Source of the DNA: Takakia lepidozioides
Taxonomy: Eukaryota > Plantae > Bryophyta
Assembly: GCA_030704615.1 (NCBI GenBank)
Contig: CM060733.1
Location: forward strand, 45,446,001 to 45,510,000
DNA length: 64,000 bases
Direction of reading: 5' to 3'
Part shown: piece after piece, positions 34,477-46,661 of the stretch
Numbering within the stretch: position 1 is the stretch's first letter
Layout of the letters: the number at the start of each line of letters is the position of its first letter
Made by a program: the position numbers and the translations under genes
The notes under the pieces: model-generated
What the model was told of the DNA's origin: nothing
The model's input: only the letters and a program-made list of their open reading frames with translations
The model's database searches: none

Positions 34477-36180
34477 AGCACAACCCAAATCAAAGCACGT
34501 AGCAGCGGATCCCTTGCTCAAAGCCCGCATAGCCTGGCTCTGAACGACCTCATCGTCTCGCACGGCTTGCTCGCACTCGCACGCACAGCTCCACTGCCTC
34601 CGTCGTCTCGCTCTTCACATTCGTGCGCGGCACCGCAGTCCCGCGGGTCCTGGACTGACACGTGTCCCCTGTCACAGTAGCCCCTCCGCAGCCTACAGTA
34701 GTCCCACACCTATGTTGGCCGATTTTGTTTTTTTTGTTTTTTAACAGGGGGTAGAGGCCCTGGTAATTTATTGAAGTTGGCCGATCATCCTATTTTATTT
34801 TTGTTTTTGTCTTTTTTTTAATTTTCTTATTGTTTTTACCTTTCTTATTTTTCAAATTTACTGGTGCTAGCTCTTCTGGTCATGATTCTCAGCGTTATGG
34901 ATGCTGGTTTCTTGTGTGAACACCTGTGGCCCTGATGTGGCTTCTAGTTCTTGGGTTGTAGGTGCTACTGTTCTAGCGCGCTGGTAGTGAATTCTCTGTG
35001 TTGATGATGCTTGTTTAGATCTGTGAACACTGGCGGCCCTGAAGCGGCCTTGCTTTGTAGCCTTATGGCCTTTGACGTTATTTTTTCCTCATTTAATAAT
35101 TTGATTAAAAGGGCCTCCGTCCCCTTTCTTTAAAATTTAAAAACACAATCAATGTTTAAAACAATTTTTTGTTTTTAAAGGCCGGGACGATGGTGGACCT
35201 TTTAATCAAATTAATTAAAAAAATAAAATCTAAAACATTTCTACTTACATATATATGAGAAACTAGAAATAACGAGCCTTAGGGCCTATAAGGGTTTTAG
35301 TTTTTTTCCTTAAATAATTCAAATAACATTAATATGGGCATAAAAAATAAACAAAATAATAATAATAACGGTTAAAAATACACAAAGCAGCGGATGGATG
35401 AAAGGCGGGGTCTCAGGAATGGAAGAATCGATGGACAGAATTTTATTTACTGGGAAAACAAAAATAGCTTGGAATATTTGGCAATGTTAGTAGATTATCC
35501 CCAGCGGCCCAGCGTTCCACTGCGTAATTCCTTTCAGCCGCAGGATCAGGTTATGACGTGATCACCATTCATTCACACCGTCTATTTCTTTTAATCACAA
35601 ATTCGGAGGAATCTTTGAATCTTGAATCTTAGTTCAGCAGAAATCCACTCTGGAATTCTGTCCCTGAGCAGAATACAGAGGAAACCACACCGGAAATGGA
35701 TTATCCGGGCTTGTAAGGGTTTTATTTCTTTTCCCTTCAATAATTATTAATAAAGCTCTAAAGGGCTTCCGACCTCCCCTTTCCTTAAGTAATAATAATA
35801 ATAATAATGATAAGGATTATGTTTGTGAAATCATAGCCAAATCATGACTGGGTAAATTTTAATAAAGTTTTCCTTTCCTTTCTTTTCTCTCGTAGGATCT
35901 GTAAATTCACAAAAAAAATAAAATAAAATAAATCACGGTAGACTTTAATTTATTTTACCTTACTTTCATATCTGTTTCTTACAACCCTTTTAATTTGATG
36001 ACAACTCTGTTCTCTTTGGTTTTATATAAAAAAGAATATGAAATGAAGCCAGCGCCAACCTAAATGAAGCAAGCCCCAACCTGAAGAACACGAAATGAAT
36101 CATAATGTAAAATACACGAAAAGTCTGATACAAGCATAGGTATGATATGTAAATGTCTGCCTACTACTACTTACAACCTA

Positions 36181-38807
36181 CTACTTCTTCACCACCGGCG
36201 CTATAGGTGCTTTGGGGGCTTCCACTACAATGGGCTTGGCTACACCCACCTTCACCTCCAATTGCACGAGTTGGTCCAACAAAACTTTTTCGCGACATTC
36301 ATAATCATTCTGTAACCACTTCTTAGCTTCCTCAATCTTATGTCGAACGACAAGTTCAACGGCTTCATCAATTGTTTGAGGGTTGCGCTGCACATGCTCC
36401 GCTGGTGATTCCTCAATCGCAAGAGCTTTTGCTTCTGCCTCCAACCTAGCTGCCTCGTCTGCAGCTGCCTGTTTCAAACACAACACAACAAATTTGTGTC
36501 TCTATTAAAGAGTACCATAACATGGTCCAAGTTATGTGTGTAATTAGAATATTTATTAGGTCTATTGATAAGTTTATATGCTAAATTGTTAGGCTCACCT
36601 TTAGAACTTCGAGCTCTTCTTCAGATTGAGCCTCGTCCAAGGGGGCCACCAGTGCAGTCTCAATTCGAACTTGTTCGGAATAGAAACAAAATAGATGGTC
36701 TTGTGTGAAACAATTGGTATACAATGAGTAATGTTGAAACAAGCTGCATCCAACATTGATAAGTTGTATATATGCATGTTTATATGTGCATGTCAAATGG
36801 GCCAAAGGAGAGATAATTGCGTTCGACACTTTTTTTAAATTAAATAAACAGGGGACAGAGGCCCTGGAGTATTTTATTTGGAATTATTTGGGGGAAAACA
36901 ATAAACATCTGATTACACCACACAGTACTAAACTAATGTTGACTCCAATGGTCATTATTATTTTCATATCATTTTAAAGATGACAAACAATGCTCCTAGT
37001 GTCATTTTGTTTTAAGTTTAACCACTATCCTTTTCCTTGTCACATTTTAAAACTTGTTCTTCCAGTAAATAAAAACAAAGTTACTGGGTTGAAATTATTA
37101 GGTTAAAACATTGCACCATCTTGAATACAAGAATGTAGTACAGTATTATAATCTAAATGTATGAGGAGTATAAAATTAACTTTACAAAGTATTTGGGTTG
37201 TAGAAGGTGATCATACGTGGTGGTAAAAAAGGATGCAATTTTTTGAAGATCAAGTGCAGAAAGTTGTGGCAGATCGCTCTTTCTTTGATTGATGCTCAAT
37301 TTTAAAAGCAACTTTTTAAAACTCTTCTCTGTTTCTTCAAAAGTTGCTGCATCTACAAAAAAAGAAATAGCTAATCGTTTTTTCATCATGTATTGGTAGA
37401 TCCTTCACCGATTCAGCATCGTCTGCCTTATGGTTGTATGAGGGTTTTAGTTTTTTTCCCTCCGATAATCCTGAAGTTAATCCGTAGGTTTTTATTGAAA
37501 TCTCTTTCCTCCTAATAAATCCTGAATAAAGTTTCTAAAGTTAAAAAATTGAAATAAAAATGGACAATATCAGAACATAAATAATGAAAAATGTTATCTA
37601 AGGTAGAACCTAATTTGTTAAAATGGAATATATCAAAATAAAGTTGTCAGGGCCACTGCCCCCGTTAAAAAAAAACAAAAAAAAAACAAATATATATATA
37701 TATATATATCAATGTCATGTTATGTCACATTTTTGCAGCAAATATGTTACTTACCTTTGACCATGTCCAACACTTCATGGCTTAGTTTGTACACATGTAA
37801 TGTTTGTTGGAGACCTAAACATGCCTCCTTTGCAAACCTATCCAACAAATTGATTACGTAATTTGTACTTAGAAGTTCCTTGTGAGATCTATAAGCGAAA
37901 TGCTACCTTAATTAAATCTATCTCACAGTTGTAGAAGATTCCCAGCTGTTATAATTTCCCATGCCAGAAGTTTGTAATCTGAAAAAGTGCTAAAATTGCA
38001 CTTATGAAAATAATTATAACTAAATGACAATAATAATAAAAATGTACTAACACATTTAAATTGTGTAGGTATTATCTGGTTCTGCAGCCACTATACATCA
38101 TGGCTCAGGGGGTTATTTTTCCCCTCTCCTCAGCCGCTCCCAGGTTTCCTTTATTACAAAACACTAAATCAAAAAGAAAATTTGTTTTCATAAAAGTTAA
38201 GGTTAACATATTTAATTTGATCAATAAAACTTACAAAAGAAATCCAGAAAGATAGTCAAGAATAATTGCATTTCGTGCATTCACGGTGTAATCTGTCACT
38301 CCGAGCACAGTTGCCAAATATCTGCATAAAACAGATCAATTTCTATATGTGTGATGAAGCTTTGTAAGTTTGATTGTTTGCATTATTCTCTTTTCCCTCT
38401 CTACCTTAGTATGGGATTAAGTAGATTTGATAATCCTCTCTCCTTTTATGTTTTTTTTAAAGGGGAAAGGGGCCAGTGCCGCCGTCACCGTTTATGTCAA
38501 TCTTGTAATCCTAACTCAATTGATATGCGTTAAGCAGATTTAGTAAGAAATGGAATGAAAGAGAGAAGTAAACATGAGAGAGAGAGAGAGAGTCCAACTT
38601 TATGGCCTCTTCCAATGTTTGTGTGTGTTGATAGAAGCCTTGTAACTCCTCTTTGGAAAGATCTTTGCGATATCCTCCCTTTGGTACTTGGATGGCAGGC
38701 TCAATGGGTGGTGGATCCGGAGCCTTCTCAGACTCCACAACTTCAACTTCTTTAATTTCCAACTCCTTTGCTCCCTTAGGGTCGTCCCCCTTTTTCTTTG
38801 GACCCAT
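36181..38807 (-). CDS. CFAP119: Flagellar central-pair C1a-32/CFAP119 (CCDC189)-like protein, about 6 exons
   Basis: Exons near 38807-38600, 38320-38233, 37837-37755, 37349-37217, 36745-36599 and 36468-36181. Motifs ARNAIILDY, FAKE, FKKLLL and LFQHYSLYTNCFT. Confidence 0.72.
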
Positions 38808-40241
38808 TTGTGTTCATCTCTTGCCAAGTGTATGTACACTATTGAGACCAAAAAGATATTAACTTAGGAGTTAGTCTTGAAGAGAATGATGGCTCTTTAC
38901 TACTTCAAATGGATGAGGCTTCATCTTTCTTGCCCAAACAAAGTTGTTTAAATGGTTGGATGCGAAAACCACTTACTCAAAAAGGATTGTAGTGAAATGT
39001 CTTATGTCAAAATAAATGAGTTGTACGCCTCGTGATCGTAGTATGAGTCTTCAACTTTGAAAAAAATCATCACTTCAAGCTACAATAGAAACATCACCAA
39101 AGGAGAGAGCACAAGTGGTTATTGCAACTTACTATTCACAACCCACTTGACACTTGACCTAATTTTTTGAAGTAGTAGTAGTATTATTATTATTATTAAC
39201 AGACAGAGCCTAAATAAATTAAGAAGAGCAGAAAAAATAACCACATATAAGGCCGTGAGGCTTACAAGGGGATCTCTGATCAGGAGCATTATTTGAATTG
39301 TGGTAATTTTAAAAAACCTATGTAATTGTCATTTTATAATCTCATAAATGTATTCCATTACATAAGTTACTGTATACATATGTATACTTTTACATAAGTT
39401 GTTACAGTATTAAGTGTATAAGTTACAGTATACAATGTTTGAAAACATAAGTTACGTAAGTTAGATAAGTTACTGTATACAATGTTTGATAATATACATC
39501 ATAAGTATGTTTATTTCTATTTTCCCCAGTATATACAAAAGCTTATTTATTAGAAGACAAATAAAAGCTTACAGAACGTAAAATTAAAACTAAAGGCCTT
39601 ATGGCAGCCTTCGGGCCTATAAGGGTTTTAATTTTTTTCCCTTCAGTAATTGAAATAAAGTTAATATGGGCTTCCTCCCATTTCACCTAAATAAAAAATA
39701 AAAAATAAAAACATCCGTTTTTCAATATTAGTCAGAAAAACAATTCTGCACCCACTACAGTCGTTTCCTAACGGCTCTGATTGAGTACGGGACACAGCGC
39801 TACCTGCAAACGAGGCGATTGTGTGTTCAAACCCCAACTATAGCGCTGTGCGCCCGAAGATTCTGATTATGCACGCCATTCGATCTCTGACGGCGGGACC
39901 CATCGACGACCGAAAGAGCGTGCGTACGAGACTGCGCGCGTGGTATTGAAAGGCCGGCAAACGGGCCCAGTAGCAGATTCTCATCCAATCGCGCACCCCA
40001 CATCCGAATCTATTCATCGCCACTTTCGTCAGTCGTGGGCGGGCCACATCGCCGCCCACCCCACCTATCCACGACGCTCCGTACATCGGCTAAACGGCTT
40101 TTATTTCTATTTGCCAATATTGGCCAGGCCGCGCTGATCGTGCCGCGGCCGCCGAGCAGTCCCTGCGCGGTCGCTCCCTGGCCCTCACATGCTTCCCCCC
40201 CTTTTACCCACGCCTATTCTGGCTCGGCAGCCGCATGTTCC

Positions 40242-40321
40242 ACTCTGTAATCGTCGGTGGTTCGGCTCATAACTCTAGTAATACATATCCGGTGGGTGCA
40301 GGGTTCGAACCCCTGAGAGTA
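40242..40321 (+). other. Degenerate tRNA-like fold (CAT anticodon, possible intron) or SINE head
   Basis: Perfect T-arm CAGGG-TTCGAAC-CCCTG; ACTCT/AGAGT acceptor-like pairing; CGG-CTCATAA...CCG. D-arm is poor. Confidence 0.3.
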
Positions 40322-41636
40322 ACTACGCCTCGGATTGCGGGGAGGTACTCGAATGCAGTTAATGGCTTCTGCTAGTTATTGATAGGGGTTTTACTGTACA
40401 AGAGATAAGGCTATTTTTAAAATAAATGTTGAACTGACACGAGCTTAATGCGTTAAAATAAAGATAAAATGTCTAGCCATTATCATGAGGCGCAGGAGAG
40501 CGGTGGCGATAGAGGAATAGAGGGGTGGCGATACCGGAGGACGTGTGGGGGGCAGGGCCGTTAGTTAAGCGAAACTGAAGCCGTAAATGAGCGAGGCGTG
40601 CACGCAGGCACGTGTTACGGGATAACTGTCGTGCTTTATCTTTATCTTTAATTTTGAGTTTTACTTTGTCTTTATGTGCTTTGCTGCGTCTTTACCTCAC
40701 ACGTGCTGGCCGTTCGAATTTCGGAGTCTTGGGACCTGACTCGGCGACTGATCTTTTCATTTCGCACGTGCGGGATATGTGTAGGCCCCGTGATCCTCGG
40801 TAATGACGTAAGGGATTTTGGGGGCAGATTCTGCCGTTTTTGAGGCAAATTAGGATGCAGAGGAGCATTCCTAATCGGCAGTTTGACTTTAATTGGCTCA
40901 TTATGGCCTGCAGCCAATGAGGGCCTCGCAGAATCTGCTCCCAAAAGTCCTTTACGCCAGGGAACGCGCCCCCTAGGGCGCATTATGGCACCTAGTTCGT
41001 CCCTACGCGTTCTCTAGTACGTAATGACCATTATTTCCTGATAGAATATAATATGGCAGCTTTGATGCTGAACTTTGAATGTGTGATCGAAACCTGGCAT
41101 GATGAGATAATGATGCGTGATTCAATGCTGGCCTGCTTCTTTTTGATCTGACGTGGATGCAGTGAAGGGATTGGGGTCCGGGGATGGTGGGGGGAGGTCT
41201 GTGGCACCAGGTCTGCAAAGATGAGGCCACCCAAAATCATTTGTGTTAACAAAAACTAGAGGGTTGATTACAGACATGCAAAAACCCCGGGTGCAATTCA
41301 GTGCGAGAGTCAAAGTTTTGCCGAGTTCTAATCTAACACTGACAATAAGAAGCATCATGCGACGTAAGTAGATTATGTGGCTCCTAGGGAATTCCAAAAA
41401 GGCCTTGATGTGAAATGCATCGCAATTCACTTGATCAGTACGCAATTCAATTGAACTAACCCTAATTTGCAATTCAATTGAATTGTAATCTATAATTTTT
41501 AACTTATTTTTGTATATAATATATAATATATTATCATATATATGTATATATATACATCATATACACATATACATACGAGAGTATAAGCTGAATATACAGC
41601 TGCCCGTCTATTCCTGCTGCCCGTCCATCATTTGCT

Positions 41637-42097
41637 TGTGGTAAGGCCTAAGTCACGAGATGAGTCGCGTAGCCTAAAGGAGAGAGATGAGAGAGAGAGA
41701 GTACAAGAGCGAGGGAAAGGGAGAGAGAAATGAAGTGATGAAGGCTTTTTAGGACAGAGGTGCCCCAAAAGTGAAAGGATCAAATCAGTTGGAGGACGAG
41801 AAGTAGCGAGAGAAGAATGCAACAACAAGAGATTTGTGGAGCGATGGTGGAGCGGTGGTGGCGCTATGTATGATGGAAGTCTTCTTGGATCACCAAATGA
41901 CAAGATCTGCCCATGAGTAAGCACATTCCTATACTGGCATGAGTTCCCCCAATCATTGATAAAGATATCATTTTAGCTAAAGTTGTACTTCTTATGTACG
42001 TGCAGGTGACTCATGAGCTTTGAGGAGAGAACTTTAGGGGTAGTAGAGTGCGTGGTCTGAACCGAATACCTCGTCTTGTGACGCCCCAAACACTACA
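41637..42097 (+). mobile_element. Possible LTR remnant
   Basis: Termini TGTGGT...ACTACA; no TSD found. Confidence 0.25.
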
Positions 42098-42767
42098 ATT
42101 GGGTCCGCCTTGGAATGCTGGCTTGAGGTACGGGAACACGCCGAAGCCGCACTACGACTTCATCCCGAGGCTACACGATTATAGTACGTGAACGGAAGCA
42201 TGTAGCTTCCGCGTTAGCCCGCACTACAAGACAACCCCCTCGGTAGCGCAGTTATAGTACGCACACGCGCCAGGTGCGCACTAGCACGTGAACTCCCAAA
42301 GAAGGCGCAAGTTTCCTTGCCCCTTGGATGGGGGTCACCCGATTTCAGCATTGTGCAAACAGACGATTAACCCAATTTACCTCTCCCACTTTTGTAAGCT
42401 AGCATGCATTCTACATACTAGCCAACCATACCATGCATCACCATTCCAAACAAAATAGAACGCACAACATTTGGAAACCATTTCATTTATAACAAATTTT
42501 GTACAATACAAGCTTTTGCAATTGGATTCCTGAGCTTGGCTAAGCCGGGCTAAGCATGCATTTCCTCCCCCACGCTCCAAGGTTGATGCCCCTATCAACG
42601 CTTCTTCCGCTTTTGAGGTCGCCCTTCGAACGCTGCAACCGCCTTGGATGCGTTTCCCATTTCTGAGGCACGCACCCAAGATGCCTCCACATGATGATAG
42701 CCCTTCCATTTCACGAGATATTCTGTTTCTCGGTTCTTGAACCTCCTCGACTTCCTTCCCGCATTCA

Positions 42768-43555
42768 TGTTAGCTAGTTACCTTACTGCTGGTAATTAAG
42801 TATCAGTTTGCTCCATCAACTCATCCATTCATTCCACAGCTTCACTTAGATCTCTCTACACAGTGTGAGTATGAAGTGTGTATCAGATTAATATTTATCA
42901 AGTATCAGGTTGAAGCCATGGAGTCTCTAATCTGCTCTACATTACAATTCTACTGCCTGCGTTCATTAAGCATCAACACCTCCTCCTCCTACTCCGTGTT
43001 CTCCATCTTTCTGCTCAAAGATCCGCTCTCTCTTCCTTTTCCCCCAGTGATGTCCGAAGTCTCTTCCCCAAGAAGTGCTTCCCAGAAATCCCCCTCACTC
43101 AGTCCTTGCTTCTAGCTTTATCTCCCTACCCGTGGCTCTAACCGTTTCCCTCACTAACCGTCGTCCGTGAACTAACATGTTCCATTTGCAGGTGTTGTTC
43201 CCCACAGTCGTTCCCTTTCCTGCTATCCGTTCCCTATGGTCGTGTCAGCTGTGTCAAGCTGTGACTGGCTGTGCAACTGTGTTTGGCTGTGTCGGGCTGT
43301 GACTGGGTGTGTGGCTGTGTCGGCTGTGACGGGCTGTGTTGGCTGTGATGGCTGTGTCGGGCCGTGACGAGCTGTGTTGACTGTGTCTGGCCGTGTCGGC
43401 TGTGTCAGGCTGTGTTGGCTATGACGGGCTGTGTAACCCCCCCTAAAGTGTGCTGCTGTCACCCCTAAGGCTCCTGTTGGTCTCAGTCTTTGCAAAAATT
43501 AAGGGTACCCCACAGATCCCGTATAAGTATCTAAGTCCCAGACATTCCTCTAACA
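42768..43555 (-). mobile_element. 3' LTR of a Gypsy-type element (distal end uncertain: 42768 or 42864)
   Basis: Minus strand reads GAGGACACGGCTTTTTGAGAGGGGAAGGGGTAA (PPT), then TGTTAG. Contains GGCTGTGT minisatellite-like repeats at 43240-43430. Confidence 0.7.
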
Positions 43556-43593
43556 TTACCCCTTCCCCTCTCAAAAAGCCGTGTCCTCACGGT

Positions 43594-46500
43594 TTACTGA
43601 TTGGGATTAGCAAACCTTTGTGATCGAGCACCTTTCTGACGTTGAGAGTTTTGTGGCGGATTGTGTGTACGAGCCCGAGGTCTGTCACTGGTTGACGGAG
43701 ATGATTGAACACTACCTGGATATTTTAGTCCCTCTGGAGGCTGATATCGAGGTAACCTTTCAGGCATAGGAGACCCCCGTCGCTTCTTTTCTGCCATTTG
43801 AATTGCATAGTCTTCTCCCATATCAAAAGAGTATGTTGAAGAAACAGTTGTATCATAATCCTCATCGCCTCTCAGGTGTTTTAATTGTCGAACTTTTTGT
43901 GGAATCCTCTGGGGCATACAATGTTGTCCTACCATGTCTGGAAGTTTAAACTTTAAAACTTGGTGTAAACGTTGAATGGCAAAATTGGTGAAGACCCTGA
44001 GCTCCTTGTCTGTCCAGGTGAGTGGGGTACCAATGACTTGTGAATTGTGCAAGTATTTCCATGCCTCATGTCCCTTATAGAAAATATCATCAATTCCGAA
44101 TTTCTGTGTTGACAAATTGTTCCAGGCCGCCTGAAACCATGAACGAATTTGAGAATCCTTTTGCATCATAATTTTTGCCTCATATAGGTACATATGAGGT
44201 GGCACTGAAGGTAAGACCCAATGATCCCCACTGGAATAACTCAGAAAGCGTGATTGCATCTTGTGCTGCTCAATGTGGTAACGTACCATGAAACAAGCAG
44301 CGTAGTATAACCCGCATCCCATGACAATATTTGCTACCTCTTTGGTCTTGGTATAAATTAATCCATGTACAACCTGGAAGGCAATTAATTCCTTCAACAT
44401 GGTACCTGCCTCATGCCAGTACTGTGCAAAGTGATGATCCTCAATTGGTCGATTGTTTGGAAGAACTTGAGTCCTAGTTGCCACTGGCAGCCAAATGCGC
44501 ATGATTTGATAATAATGTGCCAATGACTGCGGAGGACTAAATTCTTTCCAAGCCAAGTCTAACATAATGGGAATTTGGTTGAAGGGCATAATCATAGCCC
44601 TACTGTACTCCCTTGCAGCTGGAGTTTTAGGTGGGTTAAAAGCAGCATTGCCCCATACCTCAGGGTGTGGTGGCTGTGGTCTGGCTGTAGTAACAACAGG
44701 GTCAGCTACTGGCACAGTGACTTGTTGTGGTGTTGGTGGCACTGGCTCTTGTACCATTGGCATCTCCTGCACCTCCTGTGAAGAAGACTGAAAAGTCAAA
44801 GTTCTGGCTTGTAAATAAGAAGCCCTTAGTTGTTCTTCTGATATATAGACTCTTTTGTCGATATTTGAAGTGAGGTCCTCCACTTGAGTCTGCAGGCCGT
44901 CTACATCCTCTTGTAACTCCGCTATCCTACTATAGACGTTGTCTATAGTAGTTGAGGCAATGTTCTGCACTTGCAGCCTGAGCTCATTCATCTCGTTTTG
45001 GGTGAGCTTTCGTGGTGCTTTGCCCTCCACTGGCCCTTGTGCTAACCAGACCTGCATAAGGTGGTTATCCACCAAGTTGCTTGTGGTTCCTCTGAGAGTG
45101 TGTTCCTCTCTGAGTTTGTACACATCTAACTGCTTTTGTAAAGCCTCCATGCGCTTCGCATGAGGTTCAACCAAACTCGCATTGGCAGCAAGCAGATTAT
45201 TGGCTTCCTTCCAAGCCGTGTTAGTGACCGAGATTTCATTTCTATTGGCCATCATCGTTTGTTGCAACTCCAGGATGTGCCTCTCTTGGTCAGCTTCAAC
45301 CTGCCTGTATTGCTTGAAAGTATCCTCATTGCGACAGATTGCATTCTTCATATCAACAATGAGTTTCATTTGCTCAACATTCTCTTCCTCTGCCTTCGTA
45401 CATTTTTCCGCTTGGCTGTTTATTTCTTTTGTAGATTGGTCGAGCATAGTTGTGAGCGTAGCACATTGTATGGCCATCCTATCATGCACTGTCTGCAACT
45501 CCACATATAGTGCATTCACTTCTTGCAACTTGCTTTCATGCTTCACCTGCATTTGGTATAGCTGTTGCTTATGTGCTTCGTGCAAGTGGTTTTGTGCGAG
45601 ACCTGCCTCAATCAATTGTTCATTGGCCAATTGCAAAGCCGCTTCTTTACTCTCCAAGTCTTGCTGCATTTTGAGAGTGACCTCTTCATCGACCTTGTTT
45701 GCACACTTTGTGGCAAGTCGAGCCTCAAACTCCTTCTTGAGTTCCTCCCTCAAAGCTGCCAATTGAGTAGTGGGAACATGGGATTTGACATAAGTACCCA
45801 ACAAATTCAGTGTCCTGCTTATGGAACTCATAAGCATAGCCTGTTGAGGGTCATCTTGGTGAGCCTGCTGCTGTTCTCCCTGATCCTCAACATTGTGATG
45901 CCTTACAAACCATTCAGGCCATTGCCCCACCAGATTTTCTTCCTGAACCACTTCATTCGTCACCGGTGCTGCAGTGTCTTGGCATTCTACCTGTGGTACC
46001 TCCGTCACAGGTGTGTGTACTATATGCACCGCAGGGTTTCTCCCTTCTCAATTTCTGCCACCACCTGTTCTGTAGTGGGAATATCTAACCCTTCTTTTTC
46101 TAAATCAATTATTTCTGGTGGCACTTCATGGGCAACTTGTGGTAACCTTGTGTCAAGCCGATCAGCTGGCTGTGATGGCTGTGATACTGAAGTAACTTCC
46201 TCTTCCCTCTCTGAAGGTCCTGCTTCCAGTAATAGTAGTTCTCTGTGCTGCTGTGCCCCTTCATGCACATGAGCTTGGGAAACATTATCATGCGGAATCC
46301 GTGAAGCCAGTGGATCCGCCACTACAGTCTTTCTCCGTCTCTGCCTCTTAGTCTCGGGTTGCCCTGCTAGTCCACCCTCACTGTGTGAAGAGCCTTGTTC
46401 TTCCATTGCAGTGGTTTCTGGCTCAAACACTCCCATCTCCTTCCTTTCTTGCGCATCAAGTATGCCAGAATCAAGAATTATTTGAGCAATGATTGGGCCA

Positions 46501-46661
46501 GACACTATGATAGGAGACTTTGCGGCAGTACCTTGTAATCTTTTCATCTCTTCTACCAGTGCGTTGTACATTATGTCCGCCCATTCTACCTCTTGTCCTT
46601 TCAGGGCTTTGAGTATTTCCTCCGTGAAGGATCTGCTCAAATATTGTTGGTTCTGTTTCAT
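43594..46661 (-). pseudogene. Retrotransposon additional 3' ORF, long coiled coil (~1000 aa; frameshifted by a 70-bp deletion at ~46040)
   Basis: ORFs of 213 aa and 811 aa, with the stop just upstream of the PPT/LTR. A second copy at 60.4-62.25 kb retains the deleted 70 bp. Confidence 0.75.

Noticed and set aside
34740-39680. Short dispersed AT-rich repeats (CTATAAGGGTTTTA.TTTTTTCC at ~35290/39620; ACAGGGG..AGAGGCCCTGG at ~34745/36850; ATAAGTTAC units at 39360-39480)
   Set aside because: They look like ordinary small TE or LINE-tail remnants; I could not define termini or any function.
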